From a virus: DNA of 34,792 bases. The notes under the pieces are model-generated. The model searched no databases. It was not told the DNA's origin and saw nothing but the letters and a program-made list of their open reading frames with translations. The DNA is taken from the IMG/VR virus record IMGVR_UViG_3300045988_168524, positions 1 through 34,792 of that record; one strand, written 5' to 3'. Shown piece after piece: positions 32,622 to 34,792 of the stretch. Numbering within the stretch: the stretch's first letter is position 1; every line of letters starts with the position of its first letter. Both the position numbers and the translations under genes were made by a program.

Positions 32622-33290
32622 TTACCCCATCCAGATTGCGAAAGCGGTTATCTCAGCCTGACCGCGATCATAAAAAATATAATCTTGCCCGTTCATAGTG
32701 TGCTCAAGATTGACCCTGATAGTCTGCCCGGGCGTGATCTGGATAGCCTGACAGTCCATCGTCCCTACATGCACCCACTGAAAATCGTCGTAAGCTCTTA
32801 TAGACGCTGAATATTCCGGGCATGGAATACCGCCGATTACGGAGCGTGTTCGTGCCTCCATATAGTCCGAACCCGCTATGTCCACGGGTACATGTCCCTT
32901 GTATAGGCAGACTGCGAAAATAATCCCGGTTTTAGCCCATGATGGGGCGGTTATCTCCACACCCCCGACTTTGTGCCATTGCCCAATCTTCCACCCTAGC
33001 TGTGCCGTCACGGGGACGCGCACGGTGTCGCTCATAGTAACCCAAATATGATTTTTCAGCGCCGTGGCTGGGAGTGTCCCGGCGAGCAATTTTAGGTTTC
33101 CGGTCACGATTTCGAGTGACCCGCCGTCTAGGACTTCGAGGACGCCTTTCCCGCGTACCGTCACCCCGCCCTTAGAAATAGTCGCGGACGATAACCGCCG
33201 CCCGCCATAACTATTCTCTTTCTCAAAGGTGCGTAGAATCCGCGCCGGGGTCTCAGCCGTCACCGGAAGCGGAACACCATCACCAAGCAA
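32622..33290 (-). CDS. Tail fibre / receptor-binding protein, paralog A (TTG start)
   Basis: 222 aa. TTG start with the context GGGGGGTAAAAATTG. The N-terminal region is similar to paralog B and the C-terminal half is divergent. Confidence 0.6.
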   Translation of the reverse strand: MLGDGVPLPVTAETPARILRTFEKENSYGGRRLSSATISKGGVTVRGKGVLEVLDGGSLEIVTGNLKLLAGTLPATALKNHIWVTMSDTVRVPVTAQLGWKIGQWHKVGGVEITAPSWAKTGIIFAVCLYKGHVPVDIAGSDYMEARTRSVIGGIPCPEYSASIRAYDDFQWVHVGTMDCQAIQITPGQTIRVNLEHTMNGQDYIFYDRGQAEITAFAIWMG

Positions 33291-33293
33291 TTT

Positions 33294-34361
33294 TTACCCC
33301 CCTATCTGTGCAACATACGGCTTAACCAGCTCTTTAGCGGGGTCTAGTGACCAGCCCACCACGCGAATCTTGCGGTCAATCTTGAGCGAGTCAGTATCAA
33401 CTATCAGCCTGACATCGTCGCCCATATGCCAATCCACACCCAAGCGGGGATATTCGTCTAGCTTTTGCGTAAGCGTGAAAACCTGCACACCACCCGATAA
33501 AGCCGCTAATAGCCCTTTAGCGTGCGTGTCTAGCGTGGGTTTTAGGGTGACGGAGTCGAAAGTTTTCCGCACCTCAACCCTGGGATAACCCACGTTCTCC
33601 CTGTCTATAGCAATCTGCGGGGTAGAAAGCGGTCTATCCTCGCCCTCACCGCCACCCGCCGCGATAACATACGTCGCATACTCTGATTCTCCGAAGCGTT
33701 CTTCTAGGGTCGCCTCGATTAGTCCACCGGGTAGCTCAAACACCGCCTGCGGCTCACCTGTCGCTATCCCAATCCGGGGCGTACCACACTTAAAGACCGG
33801 GATAATAGCGTTCTGCCGCTGCCTGTCCTGCCACTCAATCGAGATATGCCATTCGGGTCCACCAATAACCCCCGAAAGGTCAGATAAGCGCTTATATAGG
33901 GTGGCGGCGTCATCATCGTTATATTCACGATCTCTTTTAGTACCGCTCTTAGGGGCATCAATCAAGAATGGAATCCCGTCAGGGATAGCCTGGCGGACAA
34001 GCCACGCGGCGATATCAGACTGGTCTACCTGGTCAAACCTGCGCGCCGGGGTGTAGCGGCGGTCTAAATAATCTTCTGGTGAGGAGCAGGAGATAGACAC
34101 CACCCCGCTAGTCGCGTTGCGGCTACGCCCGGTGATAATCCCACCCCAACATATCGTTCCATCATCAAGAACCGCGATAATCCAGAATCGCCAAGGCGCT
34201 GTCAGCACTTCCCAATCCCTAGGGCACGCCGAATCATATATCGGTAGGGAAAAGTTCGCGGTGGAAATCGTTTGCATAGCCCGCTCAAAACTATCACCAC
34301 AGCTCAAAGGCAGTTCGGCTTGAATTTGCCCGGTTTGAATATCACACGCTACAAAAAACAC
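33294..34361 (-). CDS. Minor tail protein, Tal/prophage-tail N-terminal-domain-like (positional call)
   Basis: 355 aa. GTG start with a GAGGGGG SD. Size and position after Dit and the 267-aa tail protein fit the baseplate hub N-domain. Confidence 0.55.
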   Translation of the reverse strand: MFFVACDIQTGQIQAELPLSCGDSFERAMQTISTANFSLPIYDSACPRDWEVLTAPWRFWIIAVLDDGTICWGGIITGRSRNATSGVVSISCSSPEDYLDRRYTPARRFDQVDQSDIAAWLVRQAIPDGIPFLIDAPKSGTKRDREYNDDDAATLYKRLSDLSGVIGGPEWHISIEWQDRQRQNAIIPVFKCGTPRIGIATGEPQAVFELPGGLIEATLEERFGESEYATYVIAAGGGEGEDRPLSTPQIAIDRENVGYPRVEVRKTFDSVTLKPTLDTHAKGLLAALSGGVQVFTLTQKLDEYPRLGVDWHMGDDVRLIVDTDSLKIDRKIRVVGWSLDPAKELVKPYVAQIGG

Positions 34362-34380
34362 GCCAAAACCCCCTCACACC

Positions 34381-34792
34381 CTACTGGGATTTCCTGTGGA
34401 GCAGGAGACTACCGCGAATAACCGTCCCCTCAGGGGGAATCTCGCCAGTCGCGAAAAGAAAGCCCCGCCCTTGTAAGGCGCACCACCAAACGTTTTTTGA
34501 ATCCCCTAAAGTCCCGTACCATTCATCGAATCCGCGCATATCCCGCCCGATAATCTCCTCGTCACCATTCATAGTGACGTTTACGGAGACAGCGACGAAC
34601 CCGCCCGGTAACTCGACCCCGGTTATCGACCCGTAACGCGCCCCAGCCCCGAGCGAATAGTTAATCACTGATTTACCAGCGCCCGCTAGGGACGCTTGCC
34701 CCCCGGGAATCACTCTAGGAGCAGAAGAAATAGATATTTCCACCGAAGCTAAAGCTATCGCCCCGGCGGGGGTGACAGGATTAGAGGGGTAT
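34381..34792 (-). CDS. Minor tail protein, 3' portion of the gene that wraps to 1..533
   Basis: The same reading frame as 1..533 runs across the duplicated junction. The stop TAG is at 34381-34383. Confidence 0.6.
   Translation of the reverse strand, partial: YPSNPVTPAGAIALASVEISISSAPRVIPGGQASLAGAGKSVINYSLGAGARYGSITGVELPGGFVAVSVNVTMNGDEEIIGRDMRGFDEWYGTLGDSKNVWWCALQGRGFLFATGEIPPEGTVIRGSLLLHRKSQ
34652..34792. repeat. Exact duplicate of 1..141
   Basis: Direct comparison of the window termini. Confidence 0.95.

Overview
The window is a complete, rotated copy of a roughly 34.65-kb temperate siphovirus genome, most likely a prophage of a high-GC Gram-positive (Actinomycetota) host. The first 141 nt are identical to the last 141 nt (1..141 = 34652..34792), so the sequence is circularly closed with an overlap, and one tail gene is split across the window edge. 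Nearly all genes run on the minus strand.

Reading the minus strand from high to low coordinate, the order is:
- Tail tip and fibre genes (34381..31211), including two tandem paralogous fibre genes with TTG starts.
- A lysis cassette: a small acidic ORF, a CHAP/PG-binding endolysin, a holin and a TM/coiled-coil protein (31128..29377).
- A plus-strand, lower-GC moron encoding two acidic proteins (28467..29380).
- A tyrosine integrase (26805..27914).
- A plus-strand lysogeny operon: a leaderless cI-like HTH repressor (25157..25651) followed by a lower-GC gene for an HsdR_N-type PD-(D/E)xK nuclease-like protein (25697..26758).
- A Cro-like gene, an Xis-like gene and small membrane ORFs (24999..23989).
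- Early and replication genes: RecT, a Zn-ribbon ORF, a wHTH protein, RusA, a DnaD-like initiator carrying internal iteron-like and AT-rich repeats, and SSB (23972..17919).
- A tandem array of seven small helical ORFs (17899..15646), a membrane protein and WhiB.
- A late operon: a Zn-ribbon/HTH protein, three direct repeats, an HNH endonuclease, a cos-like repeat region, TerS, TerL and portal (15029..10374).
- A MuF-like protein with a C-terminal toxin-like extension, a small ATGA-coupled ORF and a terminator (10377..8883).
- Scaffold, HK97-like major capsid, connector proteins, major tail, G/GT chaperones with a CCCAAAA -1 slippery site, a tape measure with hydrophobic tandem repeats, and Dit (8853..550).

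No tRNA genes, rRNA genes or CRISPR arrays were seen. The strongest candidates for a novel system are the repressor-linked nuclease-like cargo gene, the acidic two-gene moron next to the integrase, and the MuF-toxin plus small-ORF pair inside the head module.

All functional calls rest on motif recognition by eye. No database searches were run.
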